DNA from: Candidatus Baldrarchaeota archaeon
Lineage (GTDB): Archaea > Asgardarchaeota > Baldrarchaeia > Baldrarchaeales > DXJG01
Direction: 5' to 3'
Length of the DNA stretch: 32,000 nt
Assembly: GCA_019056805.1 (NCBI GenBank)
Contig: DXJG01000004.1
Span: forward strand, 120,001-152,000
Position 1 is the first letter of the stretch. Each line of letters starts with the position of its first letter. Positions 8,227 through 17,689 of this stretch are shown one piece after another. The translations under genes were made by a program, and so were the position numbers. The notes below the pieces were generated by a model. It was given only the letters and a program-made list of their open reading frames with translations. It was not told the DNA's origin and did not search any database.

Positions 8227-9639
8227 ATGGTTGCCATTATGAGTATTTCTCCTCCAATTGAAATTGTGGATATACTGAAAAATGGAGGGCAATTATTTTT
8301 AATAAAGGGAGAAGCAGGAACAGGAAAAACGACACTTGCTATGGAAATCATACGAACAGTCGAAGAAATAGGAGGGCGTGGTTTTTACTTATCCACACGT
8401 ATTCCCGCGGAGAAAGTTTTTTCACAATTCCCATGGCTAAAAGATTTAAACATCGAAAGCAGAATCATAGATGCTAGAAAAACACTTCTACCGAAAGTTG
8501 ACAAATTCTATATTGAATTCTTGAATTCGCACGACTTTCTAAAAGTTGTTTTTTCAAAAGTTTCTCAAGAAGTAAAGAAACCCTTAGTAGTTGTAATAGA
8601 CAGCATTGATGCATTAAAAGCAGATCTCGATATTTCACCTGAAGATTTTACAATTGAAAAAATGATGATTGAAATTACAGAAAGAACAGGCACAAATATG
8701 GTTTTTATCTCAGAGGGAACAAAAGAAACAAAACTAGATTACATTGTAGATAACATAATTATTCTTAGAAAGAAATACATAAATGGTAGAACTATTCGAT
8801 TTTTAGAATTAGAAAAAATGCGAAAAAAAGAAATTAGAAGACCAATCATAGTATTTTCAATAAAAGACTCAAGATTTATACATTTCAGTTCAAAAGTCCT
8901 TGAGTATCCAACTAAAACATTGAACATAGACCTATCAGCAAAAATAGAAACCCACATACCGACTTCCATCGAAGAACTCGATAAAATACTTGGCGGAGGC
9001 TTTGAAAAGGGAAGTGTAAACATCATAGAGGTAGGAATAGGAGTGGGAAGAGATTACCGATGGATATCTGCACCCCCTGTACTAAACCTTCTTTTAAGAA
9101 AAAGACCCGCTTTCTTTATACCCTCAGAAGGACATTCTCCCGCAACGGTGAGAAAATGGTTCGAGCCAATAATTGGCGAAGAACTTTACAAAAAGTACGT
9201 TCATGTATTTCAATTTTCAACTACAAAAAATAACCCAGATAAAAATGTACATACAATTAGTTGGGCAGATTCTGTCACAGATTACCAAGTTATTAGAGAA
9301 ACTACATCTAAAATTCTTGATGAAATTGGTACTGAGGAATTTTTCTTTTATGTTGGAGCTGATACCTTGGAACATCTATATGGAGAGAAAGATCTTAGAA
9401 GAATAATTGGACGATTAGCAAAAGATGCAAAAGACGCCAATGGCGTTTTCCTAATAATTGTGAAAACAGGTCAAAAAATATTAGATGGTCTTGACCATTT
9501 AGCGTCAACCTATTTTAAAATGGAAAACTTTGCAGGAATTACATTATTCTACGGACTACTACCCACAACAGGTATATATTCCCTAACAATTGAAGAAACT
9601 AAAGATAAAATAACTCCAAAACTAGTTCCACTAGAATAA
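8227..9639 (+). CDS. RAD55/KaiC-like two-domain P-loop ATPase (GvpD-like)
   Basis: Walker A GEAGTGKT, Walker B VVIDSID and LDYIVDNIIIL...RFLELEKMR. A second KaiC-like repeat starts PTSIEELDKILGGGFEKGS but lacks a Walker A. Confidence 0.85.
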   Translation: MVAIMSISPPIEIVDILKNGGQLFLIKGEAGTGKTTLAMEIIRTVEEIGGRGFYLSTRIPAEKVFSQFPWLKDLNIESRIIDARKTLLPKVDKFYIEFLNSHDFLKVVFSKVSQEVKKPLVVVIDSIDALKADLDISPEDFTIEKMMIEITERTGTNMVFISEGTKETKLDYIVDNIIILRKKYINGRTIRFLELEKMRKKEIRRPIIVFSIKDSRFIHFSSKVLEYPTKTLNIDLSAKIETHIPTSIEELDKILGGGFEKGSVNIIEVGIGVGRDYRWISAPPVLNLLLRKRPAFFIPSEGHSPATVRKWFEPIIGEELYKKYVHVFQFSTTKNNPDKNVHTISWADSVTDYQVIRETTSKILDEIGTEEFFFYVGADTLEHLYGEKDLRRIIGRLAKDAKDANGVFLIIVKTGQKILDGLDHLASTYFKMENFAGITLFYGLLPTTGIYSLTIEETKDKITPKLVPLE

Positions 9640-9692
9640 ATAAATTACTATGAACTCTAAATTCATTATTACATTTATCTCAACATTTTGAA

Positions 9693-9837
9693 CTATGAAA
9701 TATGTAATATATTGTAATAGATATAAATCTCCTCAACATGTCCGACGATCGATAAAGCAACGAGATAATGTCCTCCTTCGTGTATAATCTCCACTAAAAT
9801 TTTATCGACAAAAAAGAACAATTAACCATACATACAT
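9693..9837 (-). pseudogene. Decayed fragment of an HExxH membrane metalloprotease-like gene (M50/site-2-protease-like N-terminus)
   Basis: Reverse strand 9821-9693 reads LFFFVDKILVEIIHEGGHYLVALSIVGHVEEIYIYYNILHIS*, with HEGGH at 9782-9768. An upstream MYVWLIVLF joins it by a 1-nt shift in a T run. Confidence 0.4.
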
Positions 9838-9875
9838 TAGAAACTTTTTAGAGAAATTCAAGATTTTTCAACAAC

Positions 9876-10112
9876 TTATTTTGATAACATAGTTTTTGAA
9901 GTTAAAACTAGAAGAAGACTATAGACAACAATGAAAACTAGGAATAATACAGCTATATTTGTCCAAACAGTAAGTCCAATAAGTAGTCTCTTAATTTCTG
10001 GAACTTCCGGGATCCATATCCTCTTTGAACCCCAAACATAAGCGGAAAAAACCCAAGCTATAATCGCTACAACAACAGAAAACACAACAATTACTAATCG
10101 TTCCTTTATCAT
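9876..10112 (-). CDS. Small two-TM membrane protein of unknown function
   Basis: 78 aa with two long hydrophobic stretches; GGAG-type RBS upstream (reverse strand of 'ctcc' near 10121). Confidence 0.7.
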   Translation of the reverse strand: MIKERLVIVVFSVVVAIIAWVFSAYVWGSKRIWIPEVPEIKRLLIGLTVWTNIAVLFLVFIVVYSLLLVLTSKTMLSK

Positions 10113-10264
10113 ATCTATGTCTCCCTTAATTTCCTTAACCTATAAAGCACAAGTTAATGAAGTATTTTCAATTATTTAGCTTTATTGTGTATTCTAAAAC
10201 ACAAACATCATAAAAATAGTTTCTACAAGATGAAATCGGAAAAAATAAAAATGAAATGTTGTGT

Positions 10265-11812
10265 TTATGTTTTTCTACGTTTCAGTACTAGGTACGAAGC
10301 AACCACTATTACTATGATCAATGCTATTCCGATAATCGGATAGTAGCTAGCAAGTCCTTCAGGTGCTTCTTCAGCGGAGGTAACAAGTGTCCATAGAGAT
10401 GTGTGCGTTGTGACAACAACTGCATAGTATTCACCATTCTCCACGACAACTGTGGTAGATACGACATTCCATGTTCCAGTTGATTCATCGTAGTACGCAA
10501 TCTTTACCTCTTCTGGTGGTATGCCTTCAGGAATCTTTATTTTGATTGTTAATTCTCCGCTAACTTCCTCCGAATCGATGTCTAAGACGACCTCTGTTGC
10601 GAGTATTAAATCTTCTGGTAATTTATCTAAAATGTCCTGTACATCGCTTGCGTTGTGTACTCTTGAGACTAAAGTTATATTTCCTTCCGCTTCTATTTTA
10701 ATTACTACCTTTCCTTCTTTCTCTATCTCCAGTTTTCCATTTTCCAAGTTTACTAGTACACATTCATTAACAGAAACCCGTCTTGTTTCTCTAACAGCAT
10801 CTACTATTCTTTCAACAGCTGGACCATGTAATCTCTCTTTCATCGCAGTTAACTCTTCCTCCGTGTATTCTCCTTCTTCAGCCTCAAGTATCGATCTAAC
10901 GATGACTTTTAATGAGAACTCTTGTCCATCTAAGTATGATACAAAGTCTTCAAAGCTTTCCCTTGCCATCGTAGTTCCAATGAATGAACAGAAGTCTATT
11001 GTCGTACTAGGAGTCACAAACATAGCTTCATGAATTCCAAAGTATGTCTTCAATGGTTCACTTTCTGTTTCAATGTAACTTAGCACCGTGGGTAAAAGTC
11101 CTCCTCTATCACCCCAAATACCACTTAGCAACTCTATTGCAACGCCAACCTTCACATCAACTACATCTGAGGTAGTTACATTGTACCATGTAACTGGTGA
11201 GTCACCGTATTGTTGCAGAATAACTCCTAATTGCTGTTCAATGAGTGCCTTTATAGTACCATTTGCATTGTCTGTAACATGAATATAGACAGTGCCGTTG
11301 AGATATCTGAATACTTGAATAACGCCATTCTCGGTAGCTTCTCCACATACCTCTTTTGACTCCTTCATAAGTTCCATCATTTTACTGCGATCTTTTACAA
11401 GATCCTTCATATCGTCTGGTGTCATTCCCTGCACGGTTGTTTCGTCGCTGAAATTACCAAGACCCCATTCACCCTCTTGATGTCTTTCCATGAATGTCGC
11501 CATATCCATCAATGCATAGTGAATCGTATAACTGGTGAAGTTATCAGTTCTCCTGTAGAAGAGACCTGCAAACACTGCTTGCGATTCTAGCGGCCTTGGT
11601 TGAGTAAAGGTGCTCATGTTCACTAATGTTCCATCAACAATCAACGTTTCGTCTGTGACTGCCACTGCACGAAGAGTAGCAATCTTTTTTGATACTTCCA
11701 TTTGTCCTACTTTGTATTCATTGACTCCATATCCACTGAGAGCAACAGTTGATGGTATTACTAACATAAGAACCATTGCAACCGCTATCGCCGTGTACAA
11801 CATTTTTCTCAC
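10265..11812 (-). CDS. Large acidic cell-surface (glyco)protein with signal peptide, PGF-pre-PGF/ZU5-GPS-like membrane-proximal domain and C-terminal TM anchor
   Basis: GTG 11812 follows GAGGTG and gives MRKMLYTAIAVAMVLMLVIPSTVALS (signal-peptide-like). It has 8 N-x-S/T sequons, a KIAYYDESTGTWN...TTHTSLWTLV domain, and TM PIIGIALIIVIVVASYLVL followed by KRRKT. Confidence 0.8.
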   Translation of the reverse strand: MRKMLYTAIAVAMVLMLVIPSTVALSGYGVNEYKVGQMEVSKKIATLRAVAVTDETLIVDGTLVNMSTFTQPRPLESQAVFAGLFYRRTDNFTSYTIHYALMDMATFMERHQEGEWGLGNFSDETTVQGMTPDDMKDLVKDRSKMMELMKESKEVCGEATENGVIQVFRYLNGTVYIHVTDNANGTIKALIEQQLGVILQQYGDSPVTWYNVTTSDVVDVKVGVAIELLSGIWGDRGGLLPTVLSYIETESEPLKTYFGIHEAMFVTPSTTIDFCSFIGTTMARESFEDFVSYLDGQEFSLKVIVRSILEAEEGEYTEEELTAMKERLHGPAVERIVDAVRETRRVSVNECVLVNLENGKLEIEKEGKVVIKIEAEGNITLVSRVHNASDVQDILDKLPEDLILATEVVLDIDSEEVSGELTIKIKIPEGIPPEEVKIAYYDESTGTWNVVSTTVVVENGEYYAVVVTTHTSLWTLVTSAEEAPEGLASYYPIIGIALIIVIVVASYLVLKRRKT

Positions 11813-12290
11813 ATTAACACCTCTATAAGTGTACTCATAATTCATATTTTTTCTATATATAATGAAATATGGCTCCAAATATAAACATTTAGTTAAAAAT
11901 TTCTTTAGTCGCCCCTCCACAAGTATCGAGGCCAAACTCGGAGAAATTCGAGGTCATAAACATCGACACAAAATACAATTCACAATATATCTATCTGTTC
12001 AACAATCTAAAATAATTCCCCCTTGATATTGATTTTCACAAAAACACTTTTCTAAATGTAAATTTCACTGTTTTTCCAATAGTTTATAATCAAAATTTAC
12101 AAGATCTTGCTAAATGGTACGTATGCTTTTGATAAAATCAATAGAAATATACTAAGTAATTATAAAAGGAAAAGTGAGACGATTATGTGGGGGAACTAGA
12201 CGGGTTTATGGATAATTTAACTTACCTATATCTTTAAATAATTTTTATTAATGCAGTTTCGATGATAAACAGACATTTACGTGATTAATT

Positions 12291-13077
12291 ATGAATGGTG
12301 ACTGGGTACAAAAACTCTTTGTCGAATCGAGTGAATTGTTTTTACAAATAATGAATGAAAAATGGAGTACTGCTGAAACTGAAGCTAATGCCATAGCCAA
12401 ACTCCTAAGAAAATATGGTTTAAAAAACGGTAAGATATTAGACTTAATGTGCGGCAACGGTCGAATCTCGATAAATCTAGCAAAACTTGGCTACAAAGTA
12501 ATTGGAATTGATTTATCTTCTATGTATATCGAGGATGCTGAAAAAAGAGCTAAAGAACATGGTGTAGAAGAAAATGTAAAATTCTTTGCTGGAGATGTAA
12601 GAGAGCTAGATAAAGTAGTCAAAGATGAAGGAAAATTCGACGCTGTTATAAATATTTGGACTTCCCTAGGCTACTATGACGACGATACAGACCAATTAAT
12701 ATTTAGCAAAGCTAGGAAACTAACAAAAAGAGGAGGCATTTTAATTATAGCGAATTGCGCATCTAGAGATCTTCTAATAAAAACATTTCAACCAAAAATT
12801 TGGGAAAAGATTGGAAAGTTTATAATTCTCCATGAATCTGAATTTAATTATCAATCATCAAAGCTAAAAAGCACCTGGAGTGTCTTTAAACAAGAAAATA
12901 ATAACTTAAAATTCCTCAAAAAACTTGAAATCAACCTTAGACTATACAGTATACATGAACTCGTCACAATTCTAAAGAAAGCAGGCTGGGAAACCATAGA
13001 AGCATACAAAAACATAATAACCTTGGGAGCCCTTTGACCCTCAAAGACCAATTAACATCGTAGCAAAAGCAACATGA
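12291..13077 (+). CDS. Class I SAM-dependent methyltransferase; last about 16 codons shifted by an apparent 1-bp insertion
   Basis: ILDLMCGNGR (motif I), GIDLS, GDVREL and FDAVINIWTSLGY. The frame stops at 13037, but removing one G of the GGG at 13025-13027 gives ...TLEPFDPQRPINIVAKAT* ending at 13077. Confidence 0.85.
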
Positions 13078-13102
13078 CACATAAGAGAATATTAATCAAA
13101 GT

Positions 13103-13900
13103 TTACCGATGTTCCACCGACCCCGAAGTCTTAGTTAAAACTGTCTCATATATCCATTTTTTCCGATTAAAATTGTCCTTTAATAATTTTAAATCTTCTC
13201 TTAATTTCTCAGAAAATTCGTTACGATATTCTAGTATAAGTGAAGAAGCAGGATTTATCAAATTTGTATTCAATATTTTACGAAAATCAAGCACACCTTT
13301 CTCATCAAATATTGGAATGTGGTTCAAAGGTTTTCCCGCAGTTTTATTAGCTCTTTCTCTATTTGAAATATGATATACAAATATGTGATTTCTAAATTCC
13401 CTTATCTGCTTAATTACATAATTTTGATCATCAGGAATGTGAGAAAAATCGTAACACATCCCATAAAAGTCTCTTTCTACACAAAATCTATATATTTCAT
13501 ATGGATTTCTAAAAAGTCTATTTTCATTAATGAAAGTCTCCCAACAAAGCGTTACCCTGTAATTCTCAAGTATAGAAGTAATCTCCTCGTCTAATACCCT
13601 TATTGCACCTTCTCTATCAAATTTTTTTCTCAAAAAACAAGGATGTAACACTACTGTATCGCAATCGAGCTTATTAGCAAGGTTACAACATCTTTCAATC
13701 ACAATCTCGAACTCTTCAACCCTATGAATTTTTGCATTAGGTGCATGTATTGTCACAACCTCTAAACCTCTCCCTTTTACCTCTTTAAGAATATCTCCTA
13801 TTCTCAGCTTAAGAAATTCCTGAACATTAAAAAACGCTAACTCTACCTCCCTAATATCTTCAAAGAAGTTTAAAAAGTCACACCGTACCCCAAAACGCAC
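13103..13900 (-). CDS. Sugar phosphate isomerase/epimerase / AP-endonuclease-2 family TIM-barrel metalloprotein
   Basis: TIHAP, VVLHP, CWETF, YDFSH, YHISN, NHIP and LILEY form the typical ligand pattern. GTG start after AGGTGAG. Confidence 0.8.
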   Translation of the reverse strand: MRFGVRCDFLNFFEDIREVELAFFNVQEFLKLRIGDILKEVKGRGLEVVTIHAPNAKIHRVEEFEIVIERCCNLANKLDCDTVVLHPCFLRKKFDREGAIRVLDEEITSILENYRVTLCWETFINENRLFRNPYEIYRFCVERDFYGMCYDFSHIPDDQNYVIKQIREFRNHIFVYHISNRERANKTAGKPLNHIPIFDEKGVLDFRKILNTNLINPASSLILEYRNEFSEKLREDLKLLKDNFNRKKWIYETVLTKTSGSVEHR

Positions 13901-14119
13901 ACATACTCACCTTTACCACTACTTCGATCCATATAAATCACGCTTGCTATACTACTTTATCTGGAGTTCAAGGCTATGCATAAGTTACTACAAAATGTTA
14001 AAATACCTTTTTTCGATGTTAAAAATGCGGCTAAATCGCCAAGGTTCTATCAAATGTTTAACTGGAGAAATCTAAGATACAAATTAACACAATTAAAGAT
14101 AACTATTTGAGAGGTTAGA

Positions 14120-15496
14120 ATGATGTTTGAAGAAGTTATTGAAAGTGTTCCGAATTACAAGGAATTTATGTACATTAATGAGTTAAATGAAAGTTCAAAA
14201 AGACTAACCAAGAAATATCCGGATATCGTTGAGTTTTTTAAAATTGGAGAATCTACCCGTGGAGAAGACATATACGCTTTGAAAGTCGGCGAAGGAGAAA
14301 ATAAGGCTATTTTAATAGGTTTCCCGCATCCAAATGAGCCAATTGGAAGCTTAACATGTGAATATCTCTCATGGAGAATAGCCGAAGACGAAAAACTCCG
14401 TGAAACTCTAGAATTTACATGGTATTTTGTTAAAGCAGCAGACATTGACGGTGCTAAGCTAAATGAAGGATGGTTCAAAGGAGAATACGACACCATAAAA
14501 CACGTGCTAAACTATTATCGTACACCAAGTGATAGACAAATCGAATGGACATTCCCCATAAAATATAAGAACTTTGAATGGAATAAGCCAGCACCAGAAA
14601 CAAAAGCACTCATGAACTTAATAGACAAAGTGAAGCCAGACCTAGTATATCCACTTCACAACTCTGCTTTCGGAGGAGTATACTTTTATGTTTCTGACCC
14701 ATGTCCAAGTCTATACTCAAAACTACATAAACTAGTAGAATCCGAAGAATTACCCCTACATCTAGGGGAGCCAGAAGCACCCTACATGAAAAAACTTGCA
14801 GATGCCATATTTTACTTCCCATCATTTAAAGAAATATATGATTTCTATGAGAAACACAGTGATAAAGATCCAACATCTTTTATTAAGCATGGAGGAAGCA
14901 GCAAAGACTACGTTAAACAAGTTAGCGACGCATTTCTAATAATTTGTGAAATGCCCTACATTTTCGATGAAAGAATTGTAGATACTTCCCCGACAAACGT
15001 AAGTAGACGGGATGCAAATCTCCAAGGAATCAAATACTGGGAAGACGTTTACGAATTTATTAAAGAAAACTTTGAAGAAACTAAAAACTACCTCAATACT
15101 TCATCACCATTCTACGAGGCTATCTACAGATTTTTGGAAACTTTCAAACCTCTACTTGAAGCAGAGAGAAAATGGGCTGAAACCGACGAATCACTAAATA
15201 GACCTGCAACGGTCAGTGAACTATTTGACAATCAAGTTATAACAAAGTACTATAGCATGAGAATAATAGGCGAGTTCATAAGACTTCTTGATGACACCGT
15301 AAAGAAAAGTGCTTCACCATCCAAGAAGTTAATTGCTGCAAGGGAAAAATCCTACAACAAACTTCTAAAAATCAATGATGAATTTCAAAAAGAGGCAAGT
15401 ATTAAGGTAATTCCTATACAGAAACTTGTGAGAGTCCAAGTAGGTGTAGCGTTATATGCGGCAGACTTTGTACAAAAAGAATATAGAAACAGATAG
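14120..15496 (+). CDS. M14-family zinc carboxypeptidase-like protein
   Basis: GFPHPNEPIG (HxxE), LHNSAFGG (second His) and CEMPY (Glu); N-terminus IGESTRGEDIY. Confidence 0.85.
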   Translation: MMFEEVIESVPNYKEFMYINELNESSKRLTKKYPDIVEFFKIGESTRGEDIYALKVGEGENKAILIGFPHPNEPIGSLTCEYLSWRIAEDEKLRETLEFTWYFVKAADIDGAKLNEGWFKGEYDTIKHVLNYYRTPSDRQIEWTFPIKYKNFEWNKPAPETKALMNLIDKVKPDLVYPLHNSAFGGVYFYVSDPCPSLYSKLHKLVESEELPLHLGEPEAPYMKKLADAIFYFPSFKEIYDFYEKHSDKDPTSFIKHGGSSKDYVKQVSDAFLIICEMPYIFDERIVDTSPTNVSRRDANLQGIKYWEDVYEFIKENFEETKNYLNTSSPFYEAIYRFLETFKPLLEAERKWAETDESLNRPATVSELFDNQVITKYYSMRIIGEFIRLLDDTVKKSASPSKKLIAAREKSYNKLLKINDEFQKEASIKVIPIQKLVRVQVGVALYAADFVQKEYRNR

Positions 15497-15499
15497 AGG

Positions 15500-16408
15500 T
15501 TAAACTTCAGACTTCTTCAATGCCTTAAATCCTTTTTTTGTTTTAAAAACAAATCCTTTTCTTATCAGTCTATGTAGATGTTTTTCTATCATTATTCTTT
15601 CAAAGTACTTGAATACGACCTTTGGTTCTGGAAATTGTCCATAAATTATTGCTTTATTAACTATTTCGTCAATAGTTCGTTCCTCTCTTAAAAAACCTAG
15701 TAATTTTCTGTCTCTTTCAAAAATTTTGTCTAAATATTCATTAAATTTTACCTCAATGGCATCATTTCCCGTAATGATTCCTTTATGACTTGTAATGACT
15801 ATTTCCGGCCTTAAGCTCTTCACTTTATTTATGGAATCTATAAAATGGTCTATATCAGAGTCTAAACATCCGTACCAAGGCCCAAACGATGTTAAATCAA
15901 TATCAGACAAGAAAAGAATTTTTTCATCCGGAACGTAGAAGCAGCAATGACCAATAGAATGACCAGGTGTGTATATAACCTTTAACTTTACGTTACCAAG
16001 ATCAAAAACATAGTTATCTTCAAACTCTACATCGACTCTAGACTCTCTTAACTCAAAAATTTCTCTTATGAATATCTCTATAGCTTTTACTGCCTCATTT
16101 TCCTGTGGACCGTAACGATTCAATAATTCATCAACAGATCTTATAGCGGGAGCATCTAACTTATGGCAGCAAATCTTCGCATCTTTGAACAAATAATTAT
16201 AATTTATATGATCTTCATGGCAATGAGAATTTATAACTAAATCAACACGTTTTTCCCTAATAATTCTCTCTAAAACATTTTTCCCAAGACCAGTATCAAT
16301 TAAAACCGTACTCTCATCGTTGATAAACAGAGAATTCGAAAAAGGATATCTCCCATTATTTTGACCTTCAATAAAAAATATATTATCCGTAAGCTCCACC
16401 CACTTCAC
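15500..16408 (-). CDS. MBL-fold metallo-hydrolase with a C-terminal winged-helix-like domain
   Basis: LIDTG, SHCHEDH (HxHxDH), TPGHSIGH, LSDID and ITSH; C-terminus TIDEIV...KHLHRLIRKGFV. Confidence 0.88.
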   Translation of the reverse strand: MKWVELTDNIFFIEGQNNGRYPFSNSLFINDESTVLIDTGLGKNVLERIIREKRVDLVINSHCHEDHINYNYLFKDAKICCHKLDAPAIRSVDELLNRYGPQENEAVKAIEIFIREIFELRESRVDVEFEDNYVFDLGNVKLKVIYTPGHSIGHCCFYVPDEKILFLSDIDLTSFGPWYGCLDSDIDHFIDSINKVKSLRPEIVITSHKGIITGNDAIEVKFNEYLDKIFERDRKLLGFLREERTIDEIVNKAIIYGQFPEPKVVFKYFERIMIEKHLHRLIRKGFVFKTKKGFKALKKSEV

Positions 16409-16477
16409 GCATACACCATCCTAACTCTTAGTAAGCAAACTAAGAAATTAAAGAAACATAAATAATAGCTAGGTATG

Positions 16478-17536
16478 TTAACTTTTTTCTTTGTACTGTT
16501 CTTTGAAATATGGTATGATTTTTTCTCCATAGAGTTTATATTGCAGATCTCTATGCTTCTCAGAAACCAATGCAACCAATACTATATGTTGAGCACCGGC
16601 TTTCACCCATTTCTCAAGCTTTTCAATACATGAATCGGGAGAACCCCAAACATAGAAATCTTCAATATCTTCAAACGATATTTTTGATGCATAATCCATT
16701 ATTTTTTTAACATTTTCAGGTGTATATAGGAACTTTTCAAGTGAAAGCTCTTTAGGCACATCTATACCTCTCTTCTTCAATTCTTCTGCAGCGAAAACTG
16801 AAAATACTCTTGCAGGAAACTCAATAATTTTCCTGGCATCTTCATCATTATCTGCAACGACGCCATAAAGCAAAACACCATACTCAAAATCCTTCAACCT
16901 ACTATACTTTCTTCTCATATTCTCCAACTCTTCACGCATCCTCTGATAATCCTCCACTGTTCTCCCCAGTGGAAGCCATCCATCACCGTATTTAGCCGTA
17001 ATTTTCAAAGTTCTCGGTGAATTTGCAGCAATCCAAAGTGGTGGGTGAGGTTTTTGAACAGGTTTAGGGCGAATAAAAGCATCTCTTAACTTAAAGAATT
17101 TTCCATCATAATTTACAGGATCCCTAGTCCAAAGTGATAAAATAACTTCTATAGCTTCCTTCATTCTGGAGACAGGCTTATCCCAAGGTATACCGAAAGG
17201 AATAATGCTCATTGCTTCTCCAGCACCAACAGCAGCTATAACCCTACCATTTGAAATATGGTCAAGTGTCATAATTGTTTGTGCAAGAACCGCAGGGTGT
17301 CTAGTTTGTATATTAGTAACCGATGTACCAAGCTTAACTTTCTTTGTCACCATGGCGACTGCAGCTAGCGATGTGTAAGCTTCCATCGCATCAAGTCTTC
17401 GCAAACCCATTCCTACTAGGTGATCCGCCATCCAAATAGAATCAAAACCAAGTTCCTCAGCCATTTTAGCACGTTTCAAAATTTCCTGCCAAGGATGAAA
17501 AGGAAGAGCAATACCAAATCTAACATTTCTTTTCAA
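16478..17536 (-). CDS. LLM-class (luciferase-like) flavin/F420-dependent oxidoreductase
   Basis: AEELGFDSIWMADH, VKLGTSVTN, RHPAVLAQTIMTLDHISNGR and PKPVQKPHPPLWIAA...YGDGW. Confidence 0.92.
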   Translation of the reverse strand: MKRNVRFGIALPFHPWQEILKRAKMAEELGFDSIWMADHLVGMGLRRLDAMEAYTSLAAVAMVTKKVKLGTSVTNIQTRHPAVLAQTIMTLDHISNGRVIAAVGAGEAMSIIPFGIPWDKPVSRMKEAIEVILSLWTRDPVNYDGKFFKLRDAFIRPKPVQKPHPPLWIAANSPRTLKITAKYGDGWLPLGRTVEDYQRMREELENMRRKYSRLKDFEYGVLLYGVVADNDEDARKIIEFPARVFSVFAAEELKKRGIDVPKELSLEKFLYTPENVKKIMDYASKISFEDIEDFYVWGSPDSCIEKLEKWVKAGAQHIVLVALVSEKHRDLQYKLYGEKIIPYFKEQYKEKS

Positions 17537-17689
17537 TTCTCAGCCCCCGACACTCGATATAAATTTCAATTAGTATACTACATATAGTTGTTAAAATAAA
17601 TTAATGATACGAAAAACGAACCTCAAAGTTTTTATTAACTCTTCTCAATTAAACTAAACGTACCATCGATATTGGGAGGGAGATTATCA

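Noticed and set aside
10521-11033. 170-aa plus-strand ORF
   Set aside because: Ser/Thr-rich antisense shadow of the surface-protein gene; no motifs or RBS.
11813-12290. Long intergenic region, examined for ncRNA, tRNA or gene remnant
   Set aside because: No cloverleaf, repeat or convincing reading frame. The extra 41 N-terminal codons in the ORF track (11935-11813) are most likely non-coding upstream sequence.
13035-13037. TGA at the end of the SAM MTase as possible selenocysteine or readthrough
   Set aside because: In-frame readthrough gives only PSKTN* with no family resemblance, whereas the +1 frame restores the expected C-terminus.
13074-13594. Plus-strand ORFs 13074-13373 and 13370-13594
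   Set aside because: Antisense to the TIM-barrel gene, which has the coherent ligand pattern. The ATG at 13074 overlaps the corrected MTase stop codon.
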